DNA of 64,000 bases. Origin: Heterodontus francisci (lineage: Eukaryota). Below the pieces are notes generated by a model, which had not been told where the DNA came from, searched no databases, and saw only the letters and a program-made list of their open reading frames with translations. The first letter of the stretch is position 1. Each line of letters begins with the position of its first letter. The stretch lies in contig NC_090377.1 in the NCBI RefSeq assembly GCF_036365525.1, forward strand, positions 103,368,265 through 103,432,264, in the 5' to 3' direction. Positions 9,830 to 22,367 of the stretch are shown here, one piece after another. A program made the translations under genes and the position numbers.

Positions 9830-12705
9830 GGTAGGTGATTGGTTGGTGGGTTTTAAGGGTTTTTTTTCCTCTCTTTGCTAGAGCAGTGGTTTAAATTAAG
9901 ACTGGAAAACTATAAAGTACTGCTCTAAATTTACAGCTTAGCCAGTTAAACTGATTAATAACATTTCAACTGGTGTAAGTATAACAGCAAGTGAATTAAT
10001 AAGGGTACTAGCAAAGAGCAGATCTAGAGACATTAATTAAAATTTATCCAAGATAGTAACTGTATTCTAAGAGAGGAAACAGACACTTTTTTAGATCATG
10101 AATGGGCAGCTGAGAGTGTTGCTTGCAATTCCTGCACCATGTGGGAACTTCAGGGCACTGCTTGGGGGGCACATGGAAGTGTCTCCAGCTACTTGAGCTT
10201 GAGCTGAGGAATTTCTGAGCTTGAAGGACAGCTGGAGTCACTGCAGAGCATCAGGGAGGAAGAGAGCTTCCTGGATCGTATGTTCCAGGAGATGGTTACA
10301 ACAGAGGCAGTGAGAGTTCAGGATAGTAGAGGAGAAGTGTAGTAGGAGGCAGGAGATGCAGGAGTTTTAGGGATGTCTGCCACTCTCAAACTGATACTCA
10401 GTAATAGAGACTGCTGGGAGTAATTTTGGAGGAATGCAGTCCAGATCATGGCTGCAATGGCAAGGGACTGCACAGGAGGGAACAGCAAAGAGTAGAAATG
10501 CAGTTGCTGTAGGAAGTTCCAAAGTTAGGGGGACAAACAGGCATTTTTGTAACCATCATCCTGAGTCCTGCATGGTGTGTTGCCTCCCTGTTGTCAATGT
10601 AAAGGAGATCACAGGGAAGGTGCAGAATATTCTGCAGAGGGAAAGGAGTGAGCCAGAAGTTGTGGTTCACGTTGGTGCCATGACACAGAAGGGCAGGCAT
10701 TGAGGCACTATGGTCAGATTTTCTGGAGCTAGGGAGGAAGTTAAATGTAGGACTTCAAAAGTAGTAATCAGAATCAAAGAATGTTTATGCCACAGAAAGA
10801 GGCCACTTGGCCCATTGTGTCTGTGCTGGCCGCAAAACGATCCACCTATTCTGATGAAAGGTCACTGACCCGAAACGTTAACTCTGCTTCTCTCTCCACA
10901 GATGCTGCCAGACCTGTTGAGTATTTCCAGCATTTTTTGTTTTTATTTCAGATTTCCAGCATCAGCAGCATTTTTCTTTTATTCCACCTATTCTAATCCC
11001 ACCTTTCAGCATTTGGTCCATAGCCCTGCAGATTAACAATTTCTGGATTACTCCCAGTGCTACTCACTGGCAAGTGTAGAAATAGGAAGATAGGGATGAT
11101 CAATGTGTGGATTGAGGCATGGGTGCAGGAGGGAGGGCTTCAGATTCTTTGGGGCGTTGAGACCAGTTCTGGGGCAGGAGACCTATTCAAAAGGGACAGG
11201 TTGTACCTTCCTTGTGGGGTGGTTCAATAGTGTGGTTGGGGAGGGTTTAAACAAAGTTGGCAGGGGGATGGGCACCAGTGTATAGAAGTAAAAAAGAGGA
11301 ATAAGGTGCACAAAGTGAGAGCATTGGATCGTGCTAGAGAAGGAAATAGTACCATATCAGAAAGGAGCTGACTAAGAAGGACTATGAGAAATACAAAGAC
11401 AGGTTTAGAATGCATGTATGTAAACGCACAATGTGTGGTGAATTAGGTTGGTCAGCTACAAGCACAAGTAGCCATATGGGAATATAATATAATGGCAATA
11501 ATGGGAATATGGCTTTAAAAATGTTGAGGACTGGGTATTTAATATTCAAGGATATAAAATGTTTAGAAAATATAAGGAAGGAAAAGAAGCGAGGTGGGGT
11601 GGCCGTACTGATTAGGGGTGACATTGTAGTGTTGGAAAGGGATGATGTCCTTGAGGGGGAAAAGACAAAATCCATTTGGTTGGAGTTGAGAAGCAAAAAG
11701 GGTATGATCACGCTACTGGGAATATTCTACAGACCTCCAAATTGTGAGAGAGAGATAGAGGAGCAAATCTGCAGGGAAATCTCAGAGATGTGCAAGAGCT
11801 ACAGACAGGTGATATTTGGAAACTTTAATTATCCAAATCTCAATTGGGATAATGTTAGAATAAAGGATAAGAAGGGGGAGGAATTTATCAAATGTGTTCA
11901 GGAGAACTTCCTTGACCAGTATGTTTCTGGTTCAACTAGGAAGGAGGCATTGCTGGATCTGGTGCTGGGGAATGAGGTGGGCCAAGTGTCTGTGGGAGAA
12001 CATTGGGGCAAGAGTGATCATCATATCATAAAGTTTAGATTAGTAATGGAATTAGTAATGGATTAGCAAGAAACAATCTAAAGTAGAACTTCTCAATTGG
12101 AAGTGGGCTAACTTCAATGGGATGAGAAGGGATCTAGCCAGGGTAAAATGAAACCAAAGATTGACAGGAAAATCTGTAATTGAAAAATGGATGATCTTTA
12201 AGGAGGAGATGTTTCAGCTATGGGATAGGTAAATTCCAATAAGAGGGAAAGACAGGGAAGCAAAGCCAGGGCTCCTTAGATGACAAGGGAGATACAGAAT
12301 ATGATGAACCAATAAAAGAGTGTGTATGATGCTTGTCAGGTGAATTCTTCAAGTGAGAACCAGGCCAAATACAATAAGTTGAGAGGGGAAGTGAAGAGGA
12401 AAATCAGACTAGCAAAGAGAGAATATGAGAATAGAATGGCAGTTAACATAAATACGAAGCCAAAAATCTTCTCCCGGCATGTAAGTAGTGAACAGGTAGT
12501 AAGAGGCGGATCCTATTAGGAGCAAAGAGGGCGAAATCTGCTTAGAAACACAGGGTGAGGCTAAAATACTTAATGAGTACTTTGTATCCTTGTTTACTAA
12601 GGAAGAGGATGCTGATAAAATATTGATTGAAGCAGAGATGGTAAAGGAAATAGATGAGGTGAAAATTGATAGGCAGGATGTACTGGAAAGGCTGGCTATG
12701 TTTAG
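9830..12705 (+). mobile_element. CR1 LINE 5' half: ORF1 (SGNH esterase-like) and ORF2 APE endonuclease, degraded
   Basis: VCCLP...EPEVVVHVG (ORF 10434-10703); GGGVAVLI, YRPPN, GNFNYP, LDLVL, SDHHII (ORF 11509-12066). Confidence 0.85.
10853..10982 (+). mobile_element. Short PLE-terminus insertion carrying a hammerhead motif, 12-bp TSD, nested in a minus-strand CR1 3' tail (10769-11036)
   Basis: TCCACCTATTCT at 10841-10852 and 10983-10994; core CTGATGA-A-AGGTCACTGACCC-GAAACGTT. Confidence 0.8.
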
Positions 12706-14117
12706 TGTGGATATTTCAGAAGGTCAGGAAGCTAGGAAAAGATGGTGGGGTAGCTCTGTTAATTAATGCTAATATTAGGACAAGAGTGAGCGATGACCTT
12801 GGTTCTAAAGATCAAGATGTGGAATCAGTTTGGATAGGGATAAGAAATAGCAGAGGTAAGAAGTCACTTTTGGGACCAGTTTATAGGCCCCCTAACAGTA
12901 ACTACACTGTAGGATGGGGTATACAGGAAAACTAATGGGGGCTTGTAAGAAAGGTACGGCAATAATCATGAGTAATTTTAATCTCAATATAGATTGGACG
13001 AATTGGATCAGCAAAGGTAGCCTGGAAGATGAGTTCATCGAGTGTTTTCTGGAATATTTCTTAGAGCAGCATGTTCTAGAGACAACCAGAGAGGAGGCTA
13101 TTCTAGACCTGGTAGTGTGCAATGAGGCAGGAATACTAAAGACCTTTTCGAAAAGGAGCCTCTTGGTGGCAGTGATCATAACATGATTGAATTTTGCATT
13201 CAGTTTGAGGGAGAGATGAATGGGTCTAAGACGAGTGTTTTAAATTTAAATAAGGGAAATCATAAGGGTATGAAGACTAAGCTGGCTAAAGTAAACTGGG
13301 AAATTAAGTTAAGATTTTTTTTTAGATTAGATTAGAGATACAGCACTGAAACAGGCCCTTTGGCCCACCAAGTCTGTGCCGAACATCAACCACCCATTTA
13401 TACTAATCCTACACTAATCCCATATTCCTACCAAACATCCCCACCTGTCCCTATATTTCCCTACCACCTACCTATACTAGTGACAATTTATAATGGCCAA
13501 TTTACCTATCAACCTGCAAGTCTTTTGGCAGGAAACCCACGCAGACACAGGGAGAACTTGCAAACTCCACACAGGCAGTACCCGGAATTGAACCCGGGTC
13601 CCTGGAGCTGTGAGGCTGCAGTGCTAACCACTGCGCCACTGTGCCGCCCTAGGGTAGGTCAGTAGAGATGCAGTGGCAGTCATTTAAGGAGCTATTTCAT
13701 AACACTCAGCAAAGATATATTCCAGTGAGAAAGAAAGATGCTAGGAGAAGGAGGCACCATCCATGGCTAACTAAGGAAATTAAAGAAAGTATCAAATTAA
13801 AAGAAAAAAGTGTACAATTCTGCAAAGATTAGTGATAGGTCAGAAGATTGGACAGAATTTAAAAACAAGCAAAGAATGACTTAAAAAGAAGACGGGAGAA
13901 ATTAGAGTATGCGAGAAAGCTAGCTAGAAATATAAACAACAAATAGTAAGAGTTTCTGCAAGTATTTAAAAAGGAAAAGAGTGATAAAAGTAGAGAGTGA
14001 GTCAGGGGAATTAATAATGGCAAAAAAGGAAATGACGGAAGCATTGAACAGCTATATTCTGTCTTCACCGTAGAAGACACAAATAACATCCCAGAAATAG
14101 TTGTAAATCAAGAGGTT
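12706..14117 (+). mobile_element. Second CR1 ORF2 fragment (APE endonuclease to linker), interrupted by a SINE
   Basis: GGVALLI, VYRPPNS, ILDLVVCNE, SDHN motifs (ORFs 12666-12935, 12914-13186). Confidence 0.8.
13316..13649 (-). mobile_element. tRNA-derived V-domain SINE (HE1-like)
   Basis: GGGCGGCACAGTGGCGCAGTGG head with A/B-box-like motifs, GTGTGGAGTTTGCA domain, CR1-like tail with short tandem repeat; near-identical to 14806, 20008, 44626, 61265. Confidence 0.85.
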
Positions 14118-14805
14118 CACAGACTTTTCCACCCTGCACTTAATTTGGGTGGAGGCGGGAGAGTGGTGGGGTCCTCATGTATTGTTATTTTCCAGTGGCC
14201 ATCGATTCTAGCAGCCAGAACTCTTGCCAGAACCAGGTGGGAGCCTCATGTACAAACCCCTCACGTATAAAAGCAAATCAAGGCTGATGACATAGCAATG
14301 ACCCCGGGTGCCATTTTTATCTCTGTCCATGCTACACCTGCTCACTAAACACAGGTGGTAGATATCAGGATGCAGCCAGTTTGAGTGTATTTTAAGTGAT
14401 CTTTAGATGCCATGGAAAGGTGGAAGCCGGTTTGGCATTCATTTTTGCTATGTTTTGTTGTGGGTTTCGAACTGTAAAAGCTTCCAATAGTTGATCTTGC
14501 TGCTGTAGGTGCTGCCAAAATGTTTCCTGCCACTATAAACTGCAGCTCCCTTTTGCTCACTGCTTCCAGCCCTCCCTTTTTGGGGCTTCTGCAGGACCAT
14601 CAAAATTGGCCACCCCATCAGACTGGTCCCTGTTCCCTACCAGTATGGAATTCATTTTGAGCCAGAATTATTTAAATGTTGCCTGATGATGAAAATGGTC
14701 CAGGCCCTATCTCATTGGGTGGACGAAATACAAACCCCACCACTCCATTTACAGTATCTAGGAAAATTAGCCCCTATTTTTGAGTCTTAACAGTACATGC
14801 TCATC

Positions 14806-15152
14806 CACAGTGGCGCAGTGGTTAGCACCGCAGCCTCACAGCTCCAGCGACCCGGGTTCAATTCTGGGTACTGCCTGTGTGGAGTTTGCAAGTTCTCCCT
14901 GTGACTGCGTGGGTTTCCTCTGGGTGCTCCGGTTTCCTCCCACATGCCAAAGACTTGCTAGTTGATAGGTTAATTGGCCATTATAAATTGCCCCTAGTAT
15001 AGGTAGGTGGTAGGGAAATAGAGGGACAGGTGGGGATGTGGTAGGAATATGGAATTAGTGTAGGATTAGTATAAATGGGTGGTTGATGGTCGGCACAGAC
15101 TCGGTGGGCCGAAGGGCCTGTTTCAGTGCTGTATCTCTAAACTAAAACTAAA
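14806..15152 (+). mobile_element. tRNA-derived V-domain SINE (HE1-like)
   Basis: Same family as 13316; (CTAAA)n tail. Confidence 0.85.
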
Positions 15153-15602
15153 CTGTCAGGGTGTTAGAGTTGGCCGCAATTTTGTCAGACAAAAGCAATT
15201 GGCTTCCAGGAGGAAAAGGTTTTCATTTATAAAGTTAATGGCCAAGAGTTTCCGCTTTGGACACAATCAGCAATCTGGGTACAAATTGTGCTCAAAGTTG
15301 TGTTAAGTTTCGAGAAATGTTTTAGTTTTCTCAAGTTTTGTTCAAACATATTTACATACTGCAAGACTCAACCATGAACCAGCACAATCAGGCAGCATAT
15401 TAGAATGTCAGTTTTTAATAGACATTTTGCGTTAAAAAGTATTCCTTGAAATATTTTAGAATGGTAACCTGGTGCAATTTTATTGATGCAGCTGAAAATC
15501 AGTTCATCTCAAAAAATAAGCATTTCATTCAGGCTGTCTAATCCATTACTTGTGAGTAATCTGATTTTTAAAAAATTTTAAATGACTTTAAAAAATCTAT
15601 GC

Positions 15603-16545
15603 TGTTATGACCGAGGTGGGAGTAATGCACTGTTAATTCAGTCCCACTACTGCACAGGTCACAGCATATTAGTAAAGTTTCCCACCTAGGAAAAATAGCC
15701 AAGTTAAACACTTTATTTATCCCCCAGAATAAAGCATACCAAACCAGGTTTCTTTAAACAATAACAAAATTAACTATTTATTAATAAACCAAGTTTTAAA
15801 TGATAATGAGATAAATCTATATCTATACAAATATTTTATAACTCCTTATTCTTCCTAACCCTTATACACACACATACATTCAAAAAACAACGATTAGCCG
15901 GTTTTAAAAGGATGTTTTAAATTAGAACGGTTTCTTAGGAATAATAGAATAATTGGGTAACTTCTGGTTGGATATTTCTGTATCAGTGAGGTATCCCAGA
16001 GTTGAATAGTGGAAGTCTGTCCAGGTGAGATTAATGAACAGTCCGTGATAGGTAGGTGATCAAGGCAATTCATCAGCAGCAGGTGTCACACAGGTCTTTC
16101 AGCAAAAGGTTGTAGCAACAGGTCTACTTAAATTTTAAAGTAGCAGTCTAACAGTAGAAACTTTCTTGAGATTTCAGGATCTTACAAAAACACAAAAGGC
16201 AACAGGACTCACTCTTGAGGCAGGTATTCTTGAGATTGGAGGCAAAAGCAATCTGCCACACCCGAAATAGAAGGCTTCCTTTCTCCAAAGCAGTGTTCCT
16301 CCACAGAGTGTAGCAACTCTTCCTGGGTCTTTTCTCTTTCTTCAGGCAGATCAAAACCACATCTTAAATGTAGAATTTATTTCTAAGAGATGAAAAGCTT
16401 ATTTTTCAGAGAGAGTAGGTCTTTGTTCTGGTCAATCAGCGAATCACAGACCCAGCCAGCTCACTGCTAGCTGCTCTCAGCTCCCTGGTCTGCTTCACAC
16501 TGCAAAACAGAGACTGAAGCTCTCCAACATCCAAGTCAAAAGACA
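15603..16545 (-). mobile_element. LTR-like repeat
   Basis: Starts TGTTATGACCGAGGTGGGAG, the reverse complement of the LTR end at 43714-43733; right boundary uncertain. Confidence 0.5.
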
Positions 16546-16639
16546 ATCATAAATCTTCCTGTTGCTTGAATTCATTTGGAGAGGTGGAGACCATGAAGCA
16601 GGTTGGAGACCATGAGAGTACCTCAAAATGAGGTTTCCT

Positions 16640-17050
16640 CGGAGGCATAAAATTAATCAGATAATACTGAGGGGAAAAGCTGGTAGTCCCCTTGAGCGAG
16701 GGGGGAAAGTCCTCTGTGTGGATTATTTGGGTCATGGGTGCATCCATTCCTGCCAGTGGCCCTGTCATTGGGGTATGGAGCCTCTGGTTTCAATGGACCC
16801 CCGGCCTGCCACTGGAAGCCCACCTCCATTGAGTTGTCCACCTCCGCATGTGGCGGGCGCTGCTCCGCCACCAGTAAAATGCCAGAGAGTCCACAAAGTC
16901 GCCCCTAATCGGGGCCTTAACAATGTTCTGCAGCAGCAGGAGTGTGTCGGGTAGGCACCCTGAGATGTGGCTCCCCCAATTATCCCGGCCATCAGCCCCT
17001 CCATCCACCTCCCCCCGTCCCATCATCACGAGGTCAGAGAAATTCAGCCC
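16640..17050. mobile_element. GC-rich non-autonomous DNA element (MITE-like)
   Basis: Ends AAATTCAGCCC (reverse complement of the GGGCTGAATTT terminus at 49030 and 59467); internal similarity to 63700-63775. Confidence 0.45.
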
Positions 17051-17164
17051 TGTGTATGATTAGTTCTGCCAAGTGTCACAATACAGCTTTGTTATACCCA
17101 ATTGGGATTGACAAGACAAATCATTAAGAGGATAACTGAGAACTGAGCATCCCAGACATGAGGG

Positions 17165-17745
17165 AGCCCTGCAGCAGTGTAGTGGTAATGTCACTGGGTT
17201 AGTAATCTGGATGTCTAGACTGATGCTTTTGTGACATGGGTTCAAATCCCACCAAGGCAGAGGGTGAAATTTGAATTTATTTAATAAATCAGGAATTAAA
17301 AGCTAGTCTAATGGTGACCATGAAACCATTGTCGATTGTTGTAAAGACCCATCTGATTCACTAATGTCCTATAGGGAAGGAAATGTGCTGTCCTTACCTG
17401 GTCTGGCCTACATGTGACTCCAGACGCACAGCAATGTGGTTGACTCTGAAATGGTCTATCAAGCCACTCAGTTGTGTAAGAAAAGGAATGAAATCAGACA
17501 GACTGCCTGGCATTAACCTAAGCATTGGATACCATGCTGATTTGGAGCTATATCACCGTTCCTTCACTGTCACCGGGTCAAAATCCTGGAACTCCCTTCC
17601 TAACAGCACTATGGGTGAACCTACACCCCAAGGACTGCAGTGGTTCAAGAAGGCAGCTCACCAGCACCTTCTCAAGGGCAATTAGGGATGGGCAATCAAT
17701 GTTGGCCTAGCTAGTGACACCCACATCCCATGAACAAATAAAAAA
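17165..17745 (+). mobile_element. Second tRNA-derived SINE family plus LINE-derived 3' tail
   Basis: GTAGTGGTAATGTCACTGG...GGTTCAAATCCC head; homologous to 51105-51478 (minus); tail shared with the LINE ends at 30760 and 62900. Confidence 0.7.
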
Positions 17746-18233
17746 AGGAGTAACACAACACAGTTAGCACTGAAAGGCCCAAATTAATTCAAATAAAGGC
17801 AACTGAATTTTCTCTTGCTGCCTTTTAGAAGTGAATGAAAAGTTTTAGTGCTATTTGCTGCCTCTGGGACATGAATAGGTCAGTCAAATTTTATTGCAAA
17901 TGACGTTAAAGGCCTATGGAAAGGAATGGGCTCTATTAGCTGGATGATACTTTCTTAAAATGTGATCTTACAATTTCTTTACATGGTGGTTTCAAGTTAA
18001 GCCATGTCACTTTGCATAAAACATGGTAGGGTCCATCCATCTGAATAGCTGTCTGAATGAATAACTGAAATAAAGAAAATTAACATCTGTTGTTATGTAT
18101 TTTCTTATTTTCAGTGTTATGGCCAAAATGTATTTCTCCATAATTTCTCCTTTCAAGATCATAAAATGTCTGTAGCAGCAGAGGCTCAGAAATACAATCA
18201 AAAAAAAAGGAAATCAGTTCTGATGATAGTACA

Positions 18234-18239
18234 TTTATT
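18234..18239 (-). terminator. Polyadenylation signal of gamma-crystallin gene 2
   Basis: AATAAA ~50 nt after the stop. Confidence 0.8.
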
Positions 18240-18287
18240 ATGTTTAGGAATATTTCAGCATGACAACATTTAGTTTTCAACAAGGAA

Positions 18288-18563
18288 TTAGAAATCCCTC
18301 ATACGTCTGAAAGATCCGACAGTTGAATTGTAGCCGCCCCAGTCACTGTATCTCCTGTATTCACCGGGTCTCATGAAGTACTGTCGGCCTCTGTAGTTGG
18401 GATATTCATAGAAGATCCAGTAACCGTCCATCACATGGCAGGAGTGAATGTCACGGTAACGGAAACGATCATAGACAGATGGACAGTCATCCTGGAATTC
18501 CATCATCTGTCCTCCAAAGTCAGGTCTCTCATAAATCCTCATTCTGTAGTTTCCACCACGGTA
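18288..18563 (-). CDS. CRYG: Gamma-crystallin gene 2, exon 3
   Basis: TACAG acceptor; 276 nt; [27 protein letters not shown]...[12 protein letters not shown]. Confidence 0.97.
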   Translation of the reverse strand, partial: YRGGNYRMRIYERPDFGGQMMEFQDDCPSVYDRFRYRDIHSCHVMDGYWIFYEYPNYRGRQYFMRPGEYRRYSDWGGYNSTVGSFRRMRDF

Positions 18564-18984
18564 CTGTAATAGAAGTAAATTACACATTTGTGTGCAGGTA
18601 CAAATATATCTATACAGTGCTCAACAAAATTATTGTAAAAGGGTTGTTAGGCATGCAACATCATCAGGGAATCCATTGACTGTTTTGATGAAAATTGTCC
18701 ATACGAAACATTAACTTGCCTTTTCTGTTTCCGGATGTTGACAGACCGATTGTGCATTTCCAGCATTTTGTGTTGGTAAACTGATATTCAGCAATCACAA
18801 TTTTACTATTTCATCAATATTATCAAGCATTCAATCAATGTTATTAACTGTTAAAATCTATGAGCTGGAAGATTTTGGATTGAAGTCTCACTCCAGACAG
18901 TCCTGGTGAATAGAAATGGAGAATTCAGTCTCTGAATACTGATTTGCATTCAGTGGGATACTTGCATTTGATGGGAACATAGGC

Positions 18985-19280
18985 CCATATGAACAGGAAT
19001 GGGCCATTTAGCTCCTCAAGCCAGGTCCACCATTCACTGAGTTCATGGTTAATCTGTGACCTAACTTGCCTTCACCCCATATCCTGTATATAACTTTGTT
19101 CACCAAAACTAACAATTGACTAGCAGTAATTGCCATTTGTCGAAGAGAGTCAAACTTCTACCACTCTTTACATGTAGAAATGTTTCCTAATTTTATTCCT
19201 GAAAGGTCCAGCTCTAAATTTTACACTATGTCCCCAACTCCTCAACCAACAAAAATACTTACTCTCTATCTACCCTATCT
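18985..19280 (-). mobile_element. CR1 3' end remnant in gene 2 intron 2
   Basis: Similar to the CR1 3' end at 22368-22700. Confidence 0.55.
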
Positions 19281-20007
19281 GTTGCGCTATAATGGTGTGT
19301 CAAACCCCCATAGCACCTAGTCAGTGCCTCCCAGCCTGGGTCAGGCTGATGATACAGCTACATAAAAGGTGTCTGCATTACAGTTACAATCCAAAGTGTC
19401 ATCTGCTGGATGTAACAGTAGCGAAAGTCATGAGTTACCTCATGTGCCACTGGACATGGAAGAGGAGATGGTGATTATTATCATAGTTTGATTTTTGTAG
19501 CCATAATTCCAACTTTGAAACCCTCAATATGAATCAGTTTGCATTTTCTTCTGTTGTTTGCTCTAAGGCTATTTCAAGATAGTTAGTTTGACCAGTCCTG
19601 GATCCATCACCTGGGAGAGGAATGGAAGAAAGTCTGAGGACGTCTTCTATTCCATGTTTCCTGGTGAGTCACTCATTCAGTAGTGCCAGCTATATCTATG
19701 AATATGTTTGTGGACTGAACCAATTCAAGTCAGATTTCTCTCACCTTTGTGCAGAGGTAATCTTTCATTCGTTCTTTTCCTAAGACATATTTCATTGGCA
19801 ATTTGCTCAGAGATTGTCCTGATTAGTTGCCATAAATTCTATGGAAGATTGGCAGAAATACCCCACCCCCAACTCCCGACCGGTGTATCCAGCGTTTCCA
19901 TTGATCTTCCATCTATTTACAGCAATCAATCAGGACAGCCCTCTATAATTGTCAAATGTTACAGTATAAGGCCAAAATTTGCAGCTTACAATTTAAATTT
20001 CAAATTA

Positions 20008-20376
20008 GTTTTTTAGTTTTAGTTTTTAGTTTTAGTGATACAGCACTGAAACAGGCCCTTCGGCCCACCGAGTCTGTGCCGATCATCAACCACCCATTTA
20101 TACTAATCCTACACTAATTCCATATTTCTACCACATCCCCACCTGTCCCTATATTTCCCTACCACCTACCTATACTAGGGGCAATTTATAATGGCCAATT
20201 AACCTACCAACCAGCAGGTCTTTGGCATGTGGGAGGAAACCAGAGCACCCGGAGGAAACCCACGCAGATACAGGGAGAACTTGCAAACTCCACACAGGTA
20301 GTAAGTACCCAGACTTGAACCCGGGTCGCTGGAGCTGTGAGGCTGCGGTGCTAACCACTGCGTCACTGTGCCGCCC
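20008..20376 (-). mobile_element. V-domain SINE in gene 2 intron 2, TSD CAAATTA
   Basis: Family sequence as above; CAAATTA at 20001-20007 and 20377-20383. Confidence 0.85.
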
Positions 20377-20540
20377 CAAATTAAAATTAGGATTTATGAT
20401 TAAGGAAATCCATTAAAGTGGGAATGATAAACTATTGGAATTTTTGATTATTAAATAAATAATAGATAAACAGCCATTACAAATATAAATCAATGAACAA
20501 GTTCATTTATGCCTATAAGGACCGTGAATTCATTACTCAC

Positions 20541-20783
20541 ATATGGGTAGCTGCGACATGACCTGACACAGTCATTGAATCCCATCCAGTGCTGGTAGTC
20601 AGGATATTCTCCCCTGCTCAGAACATACTGGTATCCCATGTAATTGGGTTTCTCATACAGCACCCACCAGTCACTGTCAACACGGATGGAGTTACAGCGA
20701 TTGAGGTAAGGGGACAGGTCAGCACAGTCACTACTGCACTCATAGTGCCGACCCTGGAAGTTCCTGTCCTCGTAAAAGATAAT
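20541..20783 (-). CDS. CRYG: Gamma-crystallin gene 2, exon 2
   Basis: CACAG/GTGAGT; 243 nt; [32 protein letters not shown]...[19 protein letters not shown]. Confidence 0.97.
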
Positions 20784-20864
20784 CTGTGGGGAAAGAAAAT
20801 TTGATGAATTTTTTTTTCCTAAGAATTGTGAATAAAATGTGAAAAATATGAGAGGTAACCTTAC

Positions 20865-20873
20865 CTTTCCCAT
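20865..20873 (-). CDS. CRYG: Gamma-crystallin gene 2, exon 1 coding part (MGK)
   Basis: ATGGGAAAG-GTAAG; 81-nt intron 1. Confidence 0.95.
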
Positions 20874-20931
20874 TTTGAGTTCTCAGTTGGAAAAGCAAAA
20901 GCCTGGATGTATGATTGCTCTGGATGCTCAG

Positions 20932-21010
20932 TATTTATATGTCTGACTGAGAAGCCATTGCAGAGACTACCTTTGTTATTTCATCAATCCCAAGCACACA
21001 TCAGCAAAAA
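20932..21010 (-). promoter_or_regulatory. Gene 2 proximal promoter: TATAAATA (20932-20939), SOX AACAAAG (20971-20977), half-MARE TTTTTGCTGA (21001-21010)
   Basis: Same order and spacing as genes 1 and 3. Confidence 0.75.
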
Positions 21011-21369
21011 GGAAGAATTAAAATGTATCACAGATATTTCAGTAAAACACCTTTATTCAAAGCAGTAGATTCCTATTGGTTCCTTTCATTCTGCTTTCAT
21101 GTCATTTTGATTGTCCTGTAGGAAAAAAAGAAACAAAGGATGAGAGGCCAGAGCTATTCCCAAAGTAGAATATACAAAAAACATTGAACTGTGAACTCCG
21201 CTGAGCTGTCGTAACCTGGATATTATTGTTTTGTTTATTAGTTATTTTGAATACAAGTATGGAGTAAGTGAATACTTGTCACTTTGACTAAGCTTTATAC
21301 TGACACAACTATTTTGATGTTCTAGGGTTGCATAATCAGCAGACTATTATGTCGTAATTCACCATCACC

Positions 21370-22172
21370 TCTCTCGACCCTTCCAATGCCTTTGGTTTTT
21401 CACACTGCTTGATTATTCCAATGCACTCCTGCTGCTTCCCACCTCCTATCCTTAGTAAAATTCAACTGATCTAAAGCCCTTTTTCCCGTTCCCTAACTTC
21501 CACCAAGTCCCATTCACCCATTACCCCAGTGCTTGGCTCCTGGTCTAGCAATGCCTCAATTATAAAATTCTCATCTTATTTTTTAATCCCTCCATGCCTT
21601 TGCCTCTCCATGTGCTAAAACTCAGATAGCCAGGTGGTGAATGATAGAACTGGAACTTAATCTTTATACACTTGCAAACTGTTATTTACGGACACACATT
21701 ATAATTGGCGCAACTGCAAACCAACAACCACAGTTTCAGCCTGCTTCAATAAACATGAGCACAGGTGAGTCCCCAATTAATGCCCACCACCTTAATATGA
21801 ATAAACAGCCAATTAATATACTATTAACACTTATCTCTATAATTTCCTGTAGCCCAGAAATATCCAACATCTCTGAATCCTCCAATTTTGGCCGCTTCTG
21901 CATACTCCATTTTAATCACTCCACAATTGGGAGCCGGGCCTTCAACTACATAGGCCATAAACTCTAGAATTCCCTCCCAAAACCGCTCCACCTCTCTACC
22001 TCTCTCTCCTCCTTTAAGACACCCTGTAAAAGCTATCTCTTACCCAGCTTTTGGTCATCAGTCCTAATAACATTTATATGGCTTGATGTCAAATTCTGTT
22101 TGATAACGTTCCTGTGAAGCACCTTGGAATGTTACTATGTTAAAAGTACTATGTAAATGCAGCCTGTTGTTG
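21370..22172 (+). mobile_element. L2 LINE 3' end remnant
   Basis: Similar to the L2 3' part at 48310-48810 (AAAATTCTCA, AATTCCCT, TGTCAAAT...GTTTG). Confidence 0.55.
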
Positions 22173-22367
22173 GTATAAAAGAATTGCTGAGAACCCAAAT
22201 AGAATAACCTTTTTCTTGTACCTGTGCTGGGGAACTGCTGACTTTTATTTGTTTCAGGCAACATCATTACTTTTTACTTACAACCAGGTGATACCCCAGT
22301 ATTCTGATTATATTGTATATATTTCCACAACAAAATGTTAAGAACCTTAAGGAATATTCTAGCATCT

